Shown here piece after piece: positions 44,648 through 55,412 of a stretch of DNA of 64,000 nucleotides. The DNA lies in NCBI GenBank assembly GCA_963770935.1, contig CAVYRJ010000001.1, positions 64,001 to 128,000 on the forward strand, given 5' to 3'. Each line of letters opens with the position of its first letter. The first letter of the stretch is position 1. The DNA is from Candidatus Bathyarchaeota archaeon (GTDB lineage: Archaea; Thermoproteota; Bathyarchaeia; Bathyarchaeales; Bathycorpusculaceae). The notes under the pieces are model-generated. The model made no database searches. It had not been told where the DNA came from and saw only the letters and a program-made list of their open reading frames with translations. Both the position numbers and the translations under genes were made by a program.

Positions 44648-45754
44648 ATGAATCCAATTACAGCCCCATTGTTTATGGTTGTTTGGCGGTGTACACGCAA
44701 CTGTGTGGGCAGTTGCACTTATTGCAGTTACACTAAAGAATACGCTAAAGATCAAGAGTTAAACACCGCACAAGCCAAACATATGGTTGATGAAATGGCA
44801 GAGTTTGGCTCACAGTGGCTTGGAATCAGCGGCGGAGAACCCTTGGTTCGACCAGACGTTTGGGAAGTTATAGAATACGCCGAACAGAAGCATAACATGA
44901 AAGTCAGCTTAATCACAAGCGGCTTCGCATGGGATGAAGAACGCTTTGATAAATTACGCAAGTATGAAGTTCACACTGCAATAAGCATCGATGGAAACAA
45001 AGAAACAAACGATATGATACGCCGAAAAGGCGGCTACGACAAAGCCGTACATGCTATGAAGAAACTTGGCGAAGTCGGATTGCTTGACTGCCTAGTAACA
45101 ACCATGACTAAGCACAACATCCATCAGATGGCTCACCCTGCAGCGTTGGCAGAGGAACACGGCGCCCGCATGCTCGTCTACCACAACCTCGTGCCTGTAG
45201 GTAGAGCAAGCGACAACATGCCAGAGTTAGCGCCAACCCCCGATCAGTACGAAGTAGCATTCAACGAAATCTACGACATCCAACGCAAGCTATACGGTAA
45301 AGTCAAAGTAAACGTTTATGCACCATTTTACGCACGTATCGTACGCCAGAAAAACCCAGTGGACTTCTGGCAATGGTACAACGAAGGCTACCTCGGAAAA
45401 TGCACCATCGGCGGCAACTACATCGGTATAACCGAAAACGGTGACTACCGAAGCTGCGGCTTCCACGAAGGCTACCGCATCGGCAACGTCAAAGACAAAA
45501 AGCTAAGCACCGCATGGGAAGAACTACAAAAAAGCGAACTTCACCTCAAATTACGAGATAAAAACAACCTCAAAGGCAGATGCGGAATCTGCGAATACCG
45601 AGAAATCTGCGGCGGATGCAGAACACGCGCAGAATACTACACAGGCGACCTCTTCGAATCAGACCCAGCATGCAACTACATACCCAAAATCCTACAAGAA
45701 GACCCCAAAGCACTCGAAGCACTACGCAAAAACCCAATGGACAAAGTGCAATAA
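44648..45754 (+). CDS. Radical SAM/SPASM protein, paralog of 33281-34354
   Basis: CVGSCTYC, GGEPL, HNLVPVGRA and CGICEYREICGGCR...DPAC. Confidence 0.9.
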   Translation: MNPITAPLFMVVWRCTRNCVGSCTYCSYTKEYAKDQELNTAQAKHMVDEMAEFGSQWLGISGGEPLVRPDVWEVIEYAEQKHNMKVSLITSGFAWDEERFDKLRKYEVHTAISIDGNKETNDMIRRKGGYDKAVHAMKKLGEVGLLDCLVTTMTKHNIHQMAHPAALAEEHGARMLVYHNLVPVGRASDNMPELAPTPDQYEVAFNEIYDIQRKLYGKVKVNVYAPFYARIVRQKNPVDFWQWYNEGYLGKCTIGGNYIGITENGDYRSCGFHEGYRIGNVKDKKLSTAWEELQKSELHLKLRDKNNLKGRCGICEYREICGGCRTRAEYYTGDLFESDPACNYIPKILQEDPKALEALRKNPMDKVQ

Positions 45755-45835
45755 ACCAAGTTTTCTATTGTTAATATTTTCCACAAAAACAACTATTTCC
45801 AGCTAAATTTACCAAGCCAAAATCACTTTGGCGTT

Positions 45836-45995
45836 CAGTCAACAACCTCTTGCAGTCAACAACAAGCAACATCGAAAAGACTCCGTCACGTCAACAACAA
45901 CCAAACAAACCCCAAACAAAAAACACAAACCACAACACAACCCCCCAAAAAATTGCGCACAAAACTCTCACAACAACAACCAAACAAAGAAAACA
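45836..45995. repeat. C/A-rich low-complexity tract with an 18-bp direct repeat
   Basis: CAACAACAACCAAACAAA at 45892-45909 and 45971-45988; GTCAACAAC occurs three times. Confidence 0.7.
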
Positions 45996-46221
45996 GTATA
46001 ATCCTGCAAATTCGATTGTCTTTAACATTTGAAAGACTTCTTCTAAATCAGCACAGCCTAGTTAGCTTATGGTTAAACGCATCTTTTCAATTGGCGTTTT
46101 TAACTTGGCTAACATGAGATGTTAAAGGCTAAGTAAATCTATATTTTGTAGCTCTCTAGGGACTTAGACTGATTGTAGAAAAGTTATTATTCCAACCCAG
46201 TTCACACCTACAGGGGAGATT

Positions 46222-46989
46222 ATGACTATGCCTTTATCGTTTATCATAGGAACCGCTGGTTCAGGCAAATCACTTTTCACAGCTGCTTTTGCAGAGTGGC
46301 TAAAAATGAGCAAACAGGATGTTGCAGTAGTCAATTTGGATCCTGGAGCATTAAAACTGCCCTATCAACCAGACGTTGATGTGCGCAATTATGTAGAGGT
46401 CGGGGACATTATGGAGAAGTACGGTTTAGGTCCAAATGGCGCTTTGGTTATGGCTGCTGACTTAATTGCAGACGAGATTGAACACTTGACCCGTGACATT
46501 GAAGAAGCCCACGCTGACATTGTTTTGGTCGATACTCCTGGACAAATGGAGTTGTTTGCTTTCCGGGCAAGTGGACCTTACATAGTTAACGAATTAACAA
46601 AGGAACCAAAAGCCCTAATCTACCTATTCGATGCCGTTTTCTCAATTAACCCATTAAACTATGTTTCAAACATGTTCTTGGCTGCAGCAGTTTACAACAG
46701 GTTTTTCCAGCCACAGGTACATTTACTTTCAAAAAGCGATTTAATTCCCCAAAAAGAGGTGCAGGCAATCGCCAATTGGTCTGCAAACACCAATGCCTTG
46801 GAAGATGCAATTGAACAGAAACTTGAGGGAACCAAACGCCTCTTCAGCCGCAATATGATGCAAGCTATCAACAAGTTAGGCTTACAATTCCACTTAATGC
46901 CTGTTTCCTCTAAAACAAACGAAGGTATGGTAAACGTTAACACTTTGCTAGAACGTATTTTAAATGAAGGCGAAAAATACACAACCTAA
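46222..46989 (+). CDS. GPN-loop GTPase
   Basis: GTAGSGKS, NLDPG, LGPNG and DTPGQME. Confidence 0.92.
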   Translation: MTMPLSFIIGTAGSGKSLFTAAFAEWLKMSKQDVAVVNLDPGALKLPYQPDVDVRNYVEVGDIMEKYGLGPNGALVMAADLIADEIEHLTRDIEEAHADIVLVDTPGQMELFAFRASGPYIVNELTKEPKALIYLFDAVFSINPLNYVSNMFLAAAVYNRFFQPQVHLLSKSDLIPQKEVQAIANWSANTNALEDAIEQKLEGTKRLFSRNMMQAINKLGLQFHLMPVSSKTNEGMVNVNTLLERILNEGEKYTT

Positions 46990-47612
46990 ACGCTAATCAA
47001 AGACCAGCTTGCAGCAAATGCCCCACGCTTAGCCTTCAAAGCCGAATCTGCCCCAGCAACAATGATAACGTCATTGTCTCTTGGTTTCAGATCCTTAAGA
47101 ATCAGTTCTGCAGCCACAGGATACTGCTTTTCGATGCAATCGCTCACGGATTCGATCCGCAAATGTCCATTCTTGAAAATAATAACTAGAGCTTTGCGGG
47201 CACCTGCAATGATAGCTGCATCCCGCTGGTCAATTCCTGAACCAACCTTCAAAGTACAATTCTTCACCAAGAAAGCAAAGTTAAACTCAGATGCACTCAA
47301 CTCAGACCTTGGAAGCTCGACACGTCGGGGAAAAATCTCTTCAAATTGACCCCAGACTTCTGAGCCTTTACTTGTCAACTTGCAGCCGTCTTTAGAAGTT
47401 TCAATCAAACCAGCATCCCTAAGCCTACTAATTATCGTACGAACTGCACCATCGCCAACCTGAAGTTTCTCCGCCAGCTTATTCCTTCCCAAAGGTGTCT
47501 GCGCCAATAACTCTAACGCATAGAAAACGTGGAATATCGTGAAGGTCGTTGATGGCCCAGGAGCTTTTTTTCCAGCAATTTTCTGCATAAACTTCTTGAG
47601 AGATTCCACCAT
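46986..47612 (-). CDS. Archaeal HTH protein (DUF4443/DUF2111-like)
   Basis: LGRNKLAEKLQVGDGAVRTIISRL and GIDQRDAAI. Confidence 0.7.
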   Translation of the reverse strand: MVESLKKFMQKIAGKKAPGPSTTFTIFHVFYALELLAQTPLGRNKLAEKLQVGDGAVRTIISRLRDAGLIETSKDGCKLTSKGSEVWGQFEEIFPRRVELPRSELSASEFNFAFLVKNCTLKVGSGIDQRDAAIIAGARKALVIIFKNGHLRIESVSDCIEKQYPVAAELILKDLKPRDNDVIIVAGADSALKAKRGAFAASWSLISV

Positions 47613-47672
47613 ATTTTGCACTATTATAGTTAAGCGAGGGCTGGTTTTTATAACTTATTAAACAAGTGTTGA

Positions 47673-48050
47673 TTAACCCTTGCACGCTACCACAGAAACC
47701 TCAACCAACGCTCCCGACTTGAGTTCCACACCAACCGTTGCTCTGGCTGGGAAATCGTTTTCGAAGTATTTTGCGTATTCAAGGTTAAACTCTTCAAACA
47801 ACGACATCGAGGAAAGGTACACGGTGGATTGAACTACATCTTTTAGGCTGTAGCCTGCAGCATCTAAAATGGCTTTTATATTCTCCATTACTTGGCGGGT
47901 TTGTAACCTGACGTTTTCAACAATAAGTCTGCCTTTCTCTGGGTCAATAGCAAGCTGACCAGAAACAAACAGAAAATTACCCGCTTGCATCGCTTGATTG
48001 TATGGACCTATCGGTTTTGGTGCGTTCTGGCTAAACACAGCTTTTTTCAT
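47673..48050 (-). CDS. ridA: RidA/YjgF family enamine deaminase
   Basis: APKPIGPYNQA, FVSGQL, FPARATV and VEV; ATG at 48050. Confidence 0.9.
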   Translation of the reverse strand: MKKAVFSQNAPKPIGPYNQAMQAGNFLFVSGQLAIDPEKGRLIVENVRLQTRQVMENIKAILDAAGYSLKDVVQSTVYLSSMSLFEEFNLEYAKYFENDFPARATVGVELKSGALVEVSVVACKG

Positions 48051-48212
48051 GCAATCCCTTGTTGATTGTGTTGTTTGCAGGTTAAAATGGTTTCTCCAAA
48101 CCATCCTCACCAGCATTTAGTTGATGATTAGTTGCGTGCATTGTCGAAAGCCTTTTAAGAAAAACGGCGAGTTACTATGCCTATTACACGATTGAACGGA
48201 AGAGAAACTCCA

Positions 48213-49391
48213 ATGAAAAAAAACGGAAAATATTTGTTCACATCCGAATCAGTCGGAGAAGGTCACCCGGACAAAGTTGCAGACCAGATTTCCGACAGCG
48301 TTTTAGATGCAATATTCACCCATGATCCTAAAGCACGCGTAGACTGTGAAACCCTCGTCATGCAAGGAACCGTGGTTATTACGGGTCAAATAACCACCTG
48401 CTCCTACGTTAACATCCCAAAAATTGTCCGCCAAACACTCAAAGAAATTGGTTTTGACAATGCAAAGGATGGCTTGGACTGGGAAACATGCGGCGTTTTG
48501 GTTTCTTTAACTGAGCAATCCCCAGACATTTCTATGGGGGTAACCGAATCTAAAGGTCATGAGCAAGGTGCTGGAGACCAAGGAATGGTTTTCGGCTACG
48601 CAACTAACGAAACAAAAGAACTCATGCCACTACCCATCATGCTAGCACAAAAACTAGTTAAACGCTTGGCTGAATGCAGAAAAACAAAAATTATGCCCTA
48701 TCTACGCCCTGACTGCAAGTCTCAAGTAACCATCGAATACGAAAATGGCAAACCAAAATGCGTCAAAACTGTCGTTATCGCAGCGCAGAACAACGGAACT
48801 GTCGACGAGTCCACATTAAAGAAGGATATTGTTGAGAAAGTTATCAAACAAGTCATCCCAGCAAACATGCTAGCTGAATGACATAAAATATGTCATAAAC
48901 GGTACAGGCAGATTCGTTATCGGTGGAACATTAGCAGATTCAGGCTTAACTGGAAGAAAAATTATCGTTGACACATACGGTGGAGTTGGAAGCCACGGGG
49001 GCGGATGCTTCAGCGGTAAAGACCCTTCAAAGGTTGACCGTTCAGGTTGCTACATGGCAAGATACATTGCCAAAAACATTGTTGCATCAGGCTTAGCTGA
49101 CCAATGTGAAATTCAAATTTCCTATGCCATCGGCGTTGCGCAGCCAATCTCAGTGCTGGTCAACACTTACGAAACAGGCAAACTGTCAGACGAAAAAATC
49201 ATGGACTTGTATTGAAGTACTTTGACATGAGACCTAAAGCAATTATCGACCAATTAGATCTGCTAAGACCCATATACAAGAAAACAGCAGTCTTTGGCCA
49301 CTTTGGACGAGAAGACGCAGATTTCCCCTGGGAAAAAACTGACAAAGCTGAACAACTCAAAAAAGAGCTGGAAAAAACCAAAAAAGCATAA
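48213..49391 (+). CDS. metK: S-adenosylmethionine synthetase, bacterial/eukaryotic type (two frameshifts)
   Basis: [13 protein letters not shown] and GAGDQG; downstream frames give [25 protein letters not shown] and FGHFGR. Confidence 0.92.
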
Positions 49392-49747
49392 ATTTTCTTT
49401 TTTTAAATTTTTTCATTTTTCTCTAAAAACTTTATCGCGAAGAAAGTTATAGTCCTTACATCAATAGATCAAAATCAACATTTCAAGAAGAAAAGATCTT
49501 TCCGACCCCCTTCAAACACCCCGCATCAAACTTTTAGTGTTAATCGAGAATCTAAGTAGCTACCTTCCCCAAAAATCGACATGAAAACAGAAATTAATAA
49601 AGAAATCAACCCCTCACCTCAAAAAACCCTAATCCAAACAACCTATACCGAAAAAGTCGAAGCGGTGACTAACCTTAAAATAAAATCCTTCAACAAACAG
49701 AGTCAAGGCTAACGAAAAAGGTTCGTTACACCTTTTCGGTGGCAAAT

Positions 49748-49954
49748 TTATTTCTTGCTAAGATACCATTTAAGGTATTCTTTTCGGCGGTTCTGCCTGA
49801 CTTCTTCGTCGGTTTCATCAGCCGGACGGTTCTTGTCATGCAAATCATTGAGTTCCTGCCCCGTACAGGATAGGCCACAGCTTTTGCAGACATAATGTTT
49901 GGTCAACGAAATGTATTGTATTTCTCCGCCGCATTCTGGACAGTAATTTACCAT
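49748..49954 (-). CDS. Small zinc-ribbon protein
   Basis: CPECGG...CKSCG, 68 aa. Confidence 0.75.
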   Translation of the reverse strand: MVNYCPECGGEIQYISLTKHYVCKSCGLSCTGQELNDLHDKNRPADETDEEVRQNRRKEYLKWYLSKK

Positions 49955-50048
49955 TTTTTCGTTTCTCTTTTGATGGTTTTGTAAGTAATTCGTTTCTTGG
50001 GAGATATTAGTCTTCGCATAGGTTTCTAAGCTTTTAACCTAAAAAAAG

Positions 50049-51093
50049 TCAGACGTGAGTGTACATCTTGTCGCTCGAGTAGTTTCCGGTGGCCATTTCT
50101 TGTTCAATTTCCCGCAACATCAATATGCGTTTGAAAGTCGGTGGATGAGTGGCAAACAGACTGTTCATTTGAACCCATGTGCTTTTGGACTCTTTCTCCA
50201 TTGCTAAATGCAACTCGCGCTCGTCCAAAACACCGTCTTGGTCCAAGTCGTATTCATCTTTTTTCTCCATGATTCGCCCGACTTCCTGTTTTGCCATCCC
50301 CGGGTCTTCAATGTAAAATGCTCTGGCGCCTTCTGGCGGCTTAGGTGAGATTGATAATCCGTATGTGATTTTTGCCAATGCACTCTCAAGTTCTCTGGGT
50401 GAACCAGTAACGTAGGCGGAATAGGCGTCGGCGTAGTGTTCTCGAAGTCTACTAAGTCTCATGACGATTAGGAATGTGATTATGTAGATAGCAAACGAGA
50501 TAACGCCGATGATGATTAAGGCAGCACCCGAATTATCCTTGCTATTTCTTCGTCCACCACTAAAAGCGCCCGCACGCAAGGCCACCTGGGCAATTATGTA
50601 GGCAATTAACGGCAACGCAGAAAGCACCGTCATGACAATGTAGTCTTTATGCTTGATGTGACCCAACTCGTGGGCTATGACGCTTTTTATTTCCCCTTGA
50701 TTTAATTGCTGCAAGAGCCCCTCGTGTACGGCTAAGGTGGCGCTGCTCGTGGTTCTGCCAAAAGTGAACGCGTTGGGTGTGTTACTTGGAACGGTAGCTA
50801 TCTTAGGAATGGGTACTACCTGTTTTATCCGCTAACTCTTTAACGGTTGATTCAAGCCATAGGTTTTCGCCGAGTTGAAGATAGTGCAGGCGAGTTGTCG
50901 CAGCCACAATCACTGGACCAACTGCGTACTGGAACAAAATGAAGAGAGCTGAGCCGCCTAAAGCAATGAGTAACCCAGTAAAAACATCCAATTGCAGGAA
51001 ATAAACGATTAAAAACATAAAGAGAGCGAATATGAAAGCGGATAAGAAAATAGACAATGCCATTGCAACCTTGAGTTGGGATAGGCTAGCCAA
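50049..51093 (-). CDS. htpX: HtpX-family (M48) membrane zinc metalloprotease (one frameshift near 50815)
   Basis: PNAFTFG, AHELGH, SRLREHYAD and FATHPP. Confidence 0.88.
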
Positions 51094-51197
51094 GCACTTT
51101 GCCTCTCGTTGTTTTTCAGAAAGTACTATACAAAGGAATTAAGTCTTTCCCAAAAAGGCTAACAAAATAAAATAAAAAATAAAAATAAAAAGAAAAT

Positions 51198-52196
51198 TTA
51201 GATGGGGTAAGCTCCACAGGTCTTGCAGAACTGTATTTTGGTTTTGATGTAGCTGTGGCACTTGGGACACTGAACAGCTTCTTCGATCTTGGGGAACACA
51301 TCTTTGGGTTTGCCGAATTTCTCGCGGAAGACCTCGTAGTAAAGAAGCTGTTCTTTGTCCTGAATTTCCACATCATCGGCTGCTTTGATTGCAGCTTTTT
51401 TCTCGTTGAACTCTTTATCAGTTATCATGTCGTTGAAGTATGTACGTAGCGTTTCTGTTCCTGTGCCAGCTTCCAAAGGCGCTTTAGGTCTCCAGATGAT
51501 GTCTTTAGGTATGACATCTTCGTAGGCTTTGCGTAAAATCCATTTGCCGTATTTTACTCCGTTGCGCATGTTAATCTTGTATTTGATTGGTAACTCCATT
51601 GCCCACTTCATGAATTCGGGGTCTCGGTATGGTGCTTTGATTTGCATTCCAAGAGATTCAGCCATCGGGAACGAGGAGAAACCCATTTCAGCCCACATTT
51701 CCTGTTGCTTCACTGCAAACTGTTCCTCAGAGAGGTGGAATTGCCAGGGGTAGCCGAAAAGCTCGTCTAATGCGTCTCCTGTGAAAACGGTCTTTATTCC
51801 CTTAGGTTTTAGCAGAGTTAAGCCGATGTAGACGGGGAGGCTGTTTCTAATCTCCATAGGGTCATATTTTTTGAGCGCTTCCACAACTTTTGGGAAGAAT
51901 TTCATTACGTCTTCTTTGCCGAATTGATAAGTTTCATGTTTTAGGTGCAAAAGTTCAACCATTTTTTTGACGTATTCGGTGTCTTTGGGTTGTCCATGTT
52001 TGAAGGCTAGGGTAAGGCAGGGGATGTCGGGTTTGTATTTCACTGCTTCATAGGCTATTATTTGAGTGTCTGTTCCGGCGGAAAAAAGGAAGCCGTCTGC
52101 CATGTTTTTCTTGACAACTTTGTTTACTAATGTTTTAATATCTGGCAAAAGTTTGTTAACTTCTAATTCGTTAAATGCCATTTCTGTCACTCGCAT
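51198..52196 (-). CDS. Asparagine-synthase C-terminal (ATP pyrophosphatase) domain protein with zinc ribbon
   Basis: FSAGTDT, TGDALDELFGY, GKWILRKA, WRPKAP and CPKC...CKTC; no Ntn glutaminase domain. Confidence 0.8.
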   Translation of the reverse strand: MRVTEMAFNELEVNKLLPDIKTLVNKVVKKNMADGFLFSAGTDTQIIAYEAVKYKPDIPCLTLAFKHGQPKDTEYVKKMVELLHLKHETYQFGKEDVMKFFPKVVEALKKYDPMEIRNSLPVYIGLTLLKPKGIKTVFTGDALDELFGYPWQFHLSEEQFAVKQQEMWAEMGFSSFPMAESLGMQIKAPYRDPEFMKWAMELPIKYKINMRNGVKYGKWILRKAYEDVIPKDIIWRPKAPLEAGTGTETLRTYFNDMITDKEFNEKKAAIKAADDVEIQDKEQLLYYEVFREKFGKPKDVFPKIEEAVQCPKCHSYIKTKIQFCKTCGAYPI

Positions 52197-52385
52197 TACA
52201 GTGTTTGTCGTTTATGCACTATTTAAGTTTACCGTATGCATATAAAAGGGGGCAAAATATAAACATCTGTGCTGAAACTGAAAACAATGTTGAACAAACG
52301 GCAATTTGCCAAACAAAAAGGTTTTCACCAACTAAGTTTAAATGTCAAAAACAAAACTCATAATACCAAGCCGAGGCTCAACCAA

Positions 52386-53138
52386 ATGAAAATCAGCATA
52401 CTCCACATGAAAATACGCAACACCATAGAAGACAACCTAACAGCCACGAAAAACGCAGTCCTAAAAGCCGCCAAACAAAACCCAATCCTAATTGCCCTCC
52501 CCGAATACTTCACTGTTCCAAACTGCATGGCAGATTTCACCGATGCCAAAAAAATATCCCAAGAAACTTGTGCCAAAACGCTGAATTTTTTACAGGAAAT
52601 TTCCCAAAAAATCGGTTGGGTATACCTGCTAGGCGGAACTGTCTTGGAAGAAGACGGAGGTAAATACTACAACACCAGCACGCTCTGGAGAAACGGTAAA
52701 CTTCTAGCAAAATATAAGAAAATCAGTCCCATTAAAGCTGAGCTTGAGGCAGGTGTCGCTAAAGGATCTACTCCCATTGTGATAGACACAGAATTAGGCA
52801 AGCTTGGAATGATTGTGTGCGCCGACACCTTTAACCCCGAAGTCGTCGAGGGTATCGCCGCCTTGGGGGCAGAAATTGTCTCGTTGCCCGTGGCTGCGAT
52901 GGGAACCCATCCAACAGTTCAAGGTCACCCCCTAACAGTTGGGATTGCCCGAAACTTCGGTTTCTACATCCTTAAAGTTGGCAATGTATGTTCAAACATG
53001 AGGGGAGGCCGAAGCGCCATAATTGCGCCCTGGGGAATTCTCGGAGAAGTTACTGACTCACCAGAAGACTCTATTTTGAGCGCAGATTTAGATATGCAGA
53101 TGCTAAGAGACTACCGAGCACAACTCAGTAAATCTTAG
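52386..53138 (+). CDS. Carbon-nitrogen hydrolase (nitrilase superfamily)
   Basis: Catalytic triad in LPEY, KYKK and VCAD; GRSAIIAPWG. Confidence 0.88.
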   Translation: MKISILHMKIRNTIEDNLTATKNAVLKAAKQNPILIALPEYFTVPNCMADFTDAKKISQETCAKTLNFLQEISQKIGWVYLLGGTVLEEDGGKYYNTSTLWRNGKLLAKYKKISPIKAELEAGVAKGSTPIVIDTELGKLGMIVCADTFNPEVVEGIAALGAEIVSLPVAAMGTHPTVQGHPLTVGIARNFGFYILKVGNVCSNMRGGRSAIIAPWGILGEVTDSPEDSILSADLDMQMLRDYRAQLSKS

Positions 53139-54009
53139 CCCAAGATTCTACGATTCGATTCATTTCCTCAAACTCATATTGTGCAAGCCATTCTCTGAAG
53201 TCACTGTTCTGGACAGCAAACTTTGCAATTTGTTTTGCGTTCTCTGAATTATGTACGAGTAACAGTACTGCATCAATTTTGTGACGTGAAATGTAAGCCA
53301 CTGTTTTGAGAAGCGCATCGATTTTCTCGTCTGTTGGCATTTCAGCGCTGAGTTCTACAACAACGGGCTTCTTTAGTGTAGCAACGAAGTCGCGAACAAA
53401 CGTATCAACCCAGTAATTAGTCAAGTAATCCCTTGATGAGAGAGGCACATGGAAATAGTCAACCAGCTCAGCTATTGCGTTAAAATCTATCCCAAACCGC
53501 TCTTTAGCTAGGACAGGGTCAGGGAACATTTCAACCGCAAACACGCCTTTTGTGTGGGTTTTGGCCTCTTTGAGAAACTCGGTTATCGTTTGGGCGCGCC
53601 ATTTCGTCCAGTTTAAGCCACTTCTTTTTCTTTGCTCAGTACATCGGGGACATATGCAGTAATCTTCATCGGGAAAGTGGTAGAGGTTGAGTGTAACACC
53701 AGTGATGTCTTGTTTTGATATATTGTCAAGATAATTGAAGACTTTAGCTCGGTAGTCTGGGTGGGTGGGACAAACAAAGTCGAATGCTAAATTAGATTTC
53801 CTGTTCCTTCGCAGCGCAGGTCCACCTTTTGAGAGGGCAACGATGCTTGGGTCTTCGCGAATAGCTCTGGCATCACAAAAAACTGTAACATCATTCTGCA
53901 TTTCTTTTGCAGCTGGAAAAACTTGTCCGTCAACCCATTTTGAGAAAAAAACGTGTGGATCAAAGCCCTCAACTTTTTCAGGGGTGTATGTGACTAAGCC
54001 TATTTTCAT
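53125..54009 (-). CDS. Uncharacterised cytoplasmic protein with CxCPRC motif, probable TIM barrel (paralog A)
   Basis: FVCPTHPDYR, HFPDEDYCICPRC, WTKWRA and KERFGIDF. Confidence 0.7.
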   Translation of the reverse strand: MKIGLVTYTPEKVEGFDPHVFFSKWVDGQVFPAAKEMQNDVTVFCDARAIREDPSIVALSKGGPALRRNRKSNLAFDFVCPTHPDYRAKVFNYLDNISKQDITGVTLNLYHFPDEDYCICPRCTEQRKRSGLNWTKWRAQTITEFLKEAKTHTKGVFAVEMFPDPVLAKERFGIDFNAIAELVDYFHVPLSSRDYLTNYWVDTFVRDFVATLKKPVVVELSAEMPTDEKIDALLKTVAYISRHKIDAVLLLVHNSENAKQIAKFAVQNSDFREWLAQYEFEEMNRIVESWAKIY

Positions 54010-54068
54010 GCCCTATTCCTTCGCTCGCAACAAATATATTATTGGCGCTTATTTAATTGTTGATTCAA

Positions 54069-54287
54069 ATGGACAAACATAAAACCCCAATTACCATTGA
54101 TGCTACTAAATGTCCACCTTGCGCAGGGCAGGTTTGTATCGGTGTTTGTCCACAAGGCGCCCTTGAAGAGGGCAAAAACAGAAAGCCCCAAGTCATCTCA
54201 GTTGTCCAATGTACAAAATGTGGCGTATGTGTAAACCTGTGTCCAAATAAAGCCATCACTATAAATGTTAGCAACCCCAAAAAATAA
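54069..54287 (+). CDS. 2[4Fe-4S] ferredoxin
   Basis: CPPCAGQVCIGVCP and CTKCGVCVNLCP. Confidence 0.9.
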   Translation: MDKHKTPITIDATKCPPCAGQVCIGVCPQGALEEGKNRKPQVISVVQCTKCGVCVNLCPNKAITINVSNPKK

Positions 54288-54305
54288 TGATGGGGACTGG
54301 CGGGT

Positions 54306-55343
54306 TTGGAACAAATCGACCTTTCAGACAATGTTAAACTGATTGTAAAAGAGAATGTACTAGCCATTTTTTGTGATAGTGCTTTAAAGACAGTTAGCTC
54401 AGCAATATACAATGGCGGGACCAATCAGGTTAAAGCTGTCCTCAATGTAGGGGTGCCGGAAGGTTATAGCGACCTTTCCTTGCACCTTGACCCGCTAGAA
54501 CTAATCACTTCATCGGCGGCAAAGCTTGGATTAACCAAAGAATACCTTGCAATGGTTACAGCTGCAAAGGTCAAAAATTATAGTTTAGTCTCCAAAAAAA
54601 GCGACAAATTCTCAGTTCATGTAGCGGCTACCGCAGGTTGCTCACACGGCGAATCTTCAGGCGAAGAGATGGATGTTCAAGAAATCGTAGGCACCATCAA
54701 CATTATTGTCTTAATCGATGGGAACCCGTCGGAGAGTTGCATGATTGCTGCGTTAATCACTGCCACTGAAGCGAAGTCTGCGGTGATGAGGGATTTTGAT
54801 GTTCGAAGCCACTATACGGGGGACTCCGCGACGGGCTCGATAACTGACAGTGTCACAGTTGCATCGACATGTAGTGGTAAAACTTTGAGTTTGGCTGGTC
54901 CGGCTTCGAATCTTGGTAAGCTGGTAGGACAATGTGCGAGGCGGGCGGTTACGGAGGCATTGCTTAAACAGGAACCAATTTGGGCTTGCCGAACAGTATT
55001 GGACAGACTTAAGGAGAGGCATATTGGACTTGAAAAAATGGCATCAGAAATATCCAAAGTTGAAGGTTTAACAGTCGGTGTCGAAGAGTTGACCAAGATT
55101 TTGAGGAACAATAAGCTTGCTGGTTTTTACTTGCTTGCTGCCGCGAAGATGGATGACGATTACAAGAAGAATTTGTTACCAAAAGACTTTACAAATTGGA
55201 CAGAGGTAAGCAAATGCTTTGGTACTTATACCCGACTCATGCGCAATTGTTCTAAGATGCCAAACTACGACTTTGTCGATTTGCCCCCGTTCCTAAAGCA
55301 TACATTAATCAAAATTGTCAAGAGTTCTCAATCTGAGCATTAA
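54306..55343 (+). CDS. cbiZ: Adenosylcobinamide amidohydrolase CbiZ with C-terminal extension
   Basis: SSAIYNGG, MVTAA, ATAG, GTINII, TATEAKS and ATGSITD. Confidence 0.85.
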   Translation: MEQIDLSDNVKLIVKENVLAIFCDSALKTVSSAIYNGGTNQVKAVLNVGVPEGYSDLSLHLDPLELITSSAAKLGLTKEYLAMVTAAKVKNYSLVSKKSDKFSVHVAATAGCSHGESSGEEMDVQEIVGTINIIVLIDGNPSESCMIAALITATEAKSAVMRDFDVRSHYTGDSATGSITDSVTVASTCSGKTLSLAGPASNLGKLVGQCARRAVTEALLKQEPIWACRTVLDRLKERHIGLEKMASEISKVEGLTVGVEELTKILRNNKLAGFYLLAAAKMDDDYKKNLLPKDFTNWTEVSKCFGTYTRLMRNCSKMPNYDFVDLPPFLKHTLIKIVKSSQSEH

Positions 55344-55412
55344 CTGAAAAGACTTAAATAACTTGAAATTTATTCCCGTAAATAAAAACAACAAAAATAA
55401 TGGTGATTAAAC

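Noticed and set aside
45836-45995. Repeats as a CRISPR array
   Set aside because: Only two 18-bp low-complexity copies, no regular spacers and no cas genes.
48870-48890. TGA ending the first metK ORF as possible selenocysteine or readthrough
   Set aside because: Homology continues in a different frame, so this is an indel rather than recoding.
49581-49712. 43-aa ORF after metK as a RiPP precursor
   Set aside because: No motif, no clear ribosome-binding site and no adjacent modifying enzyme.
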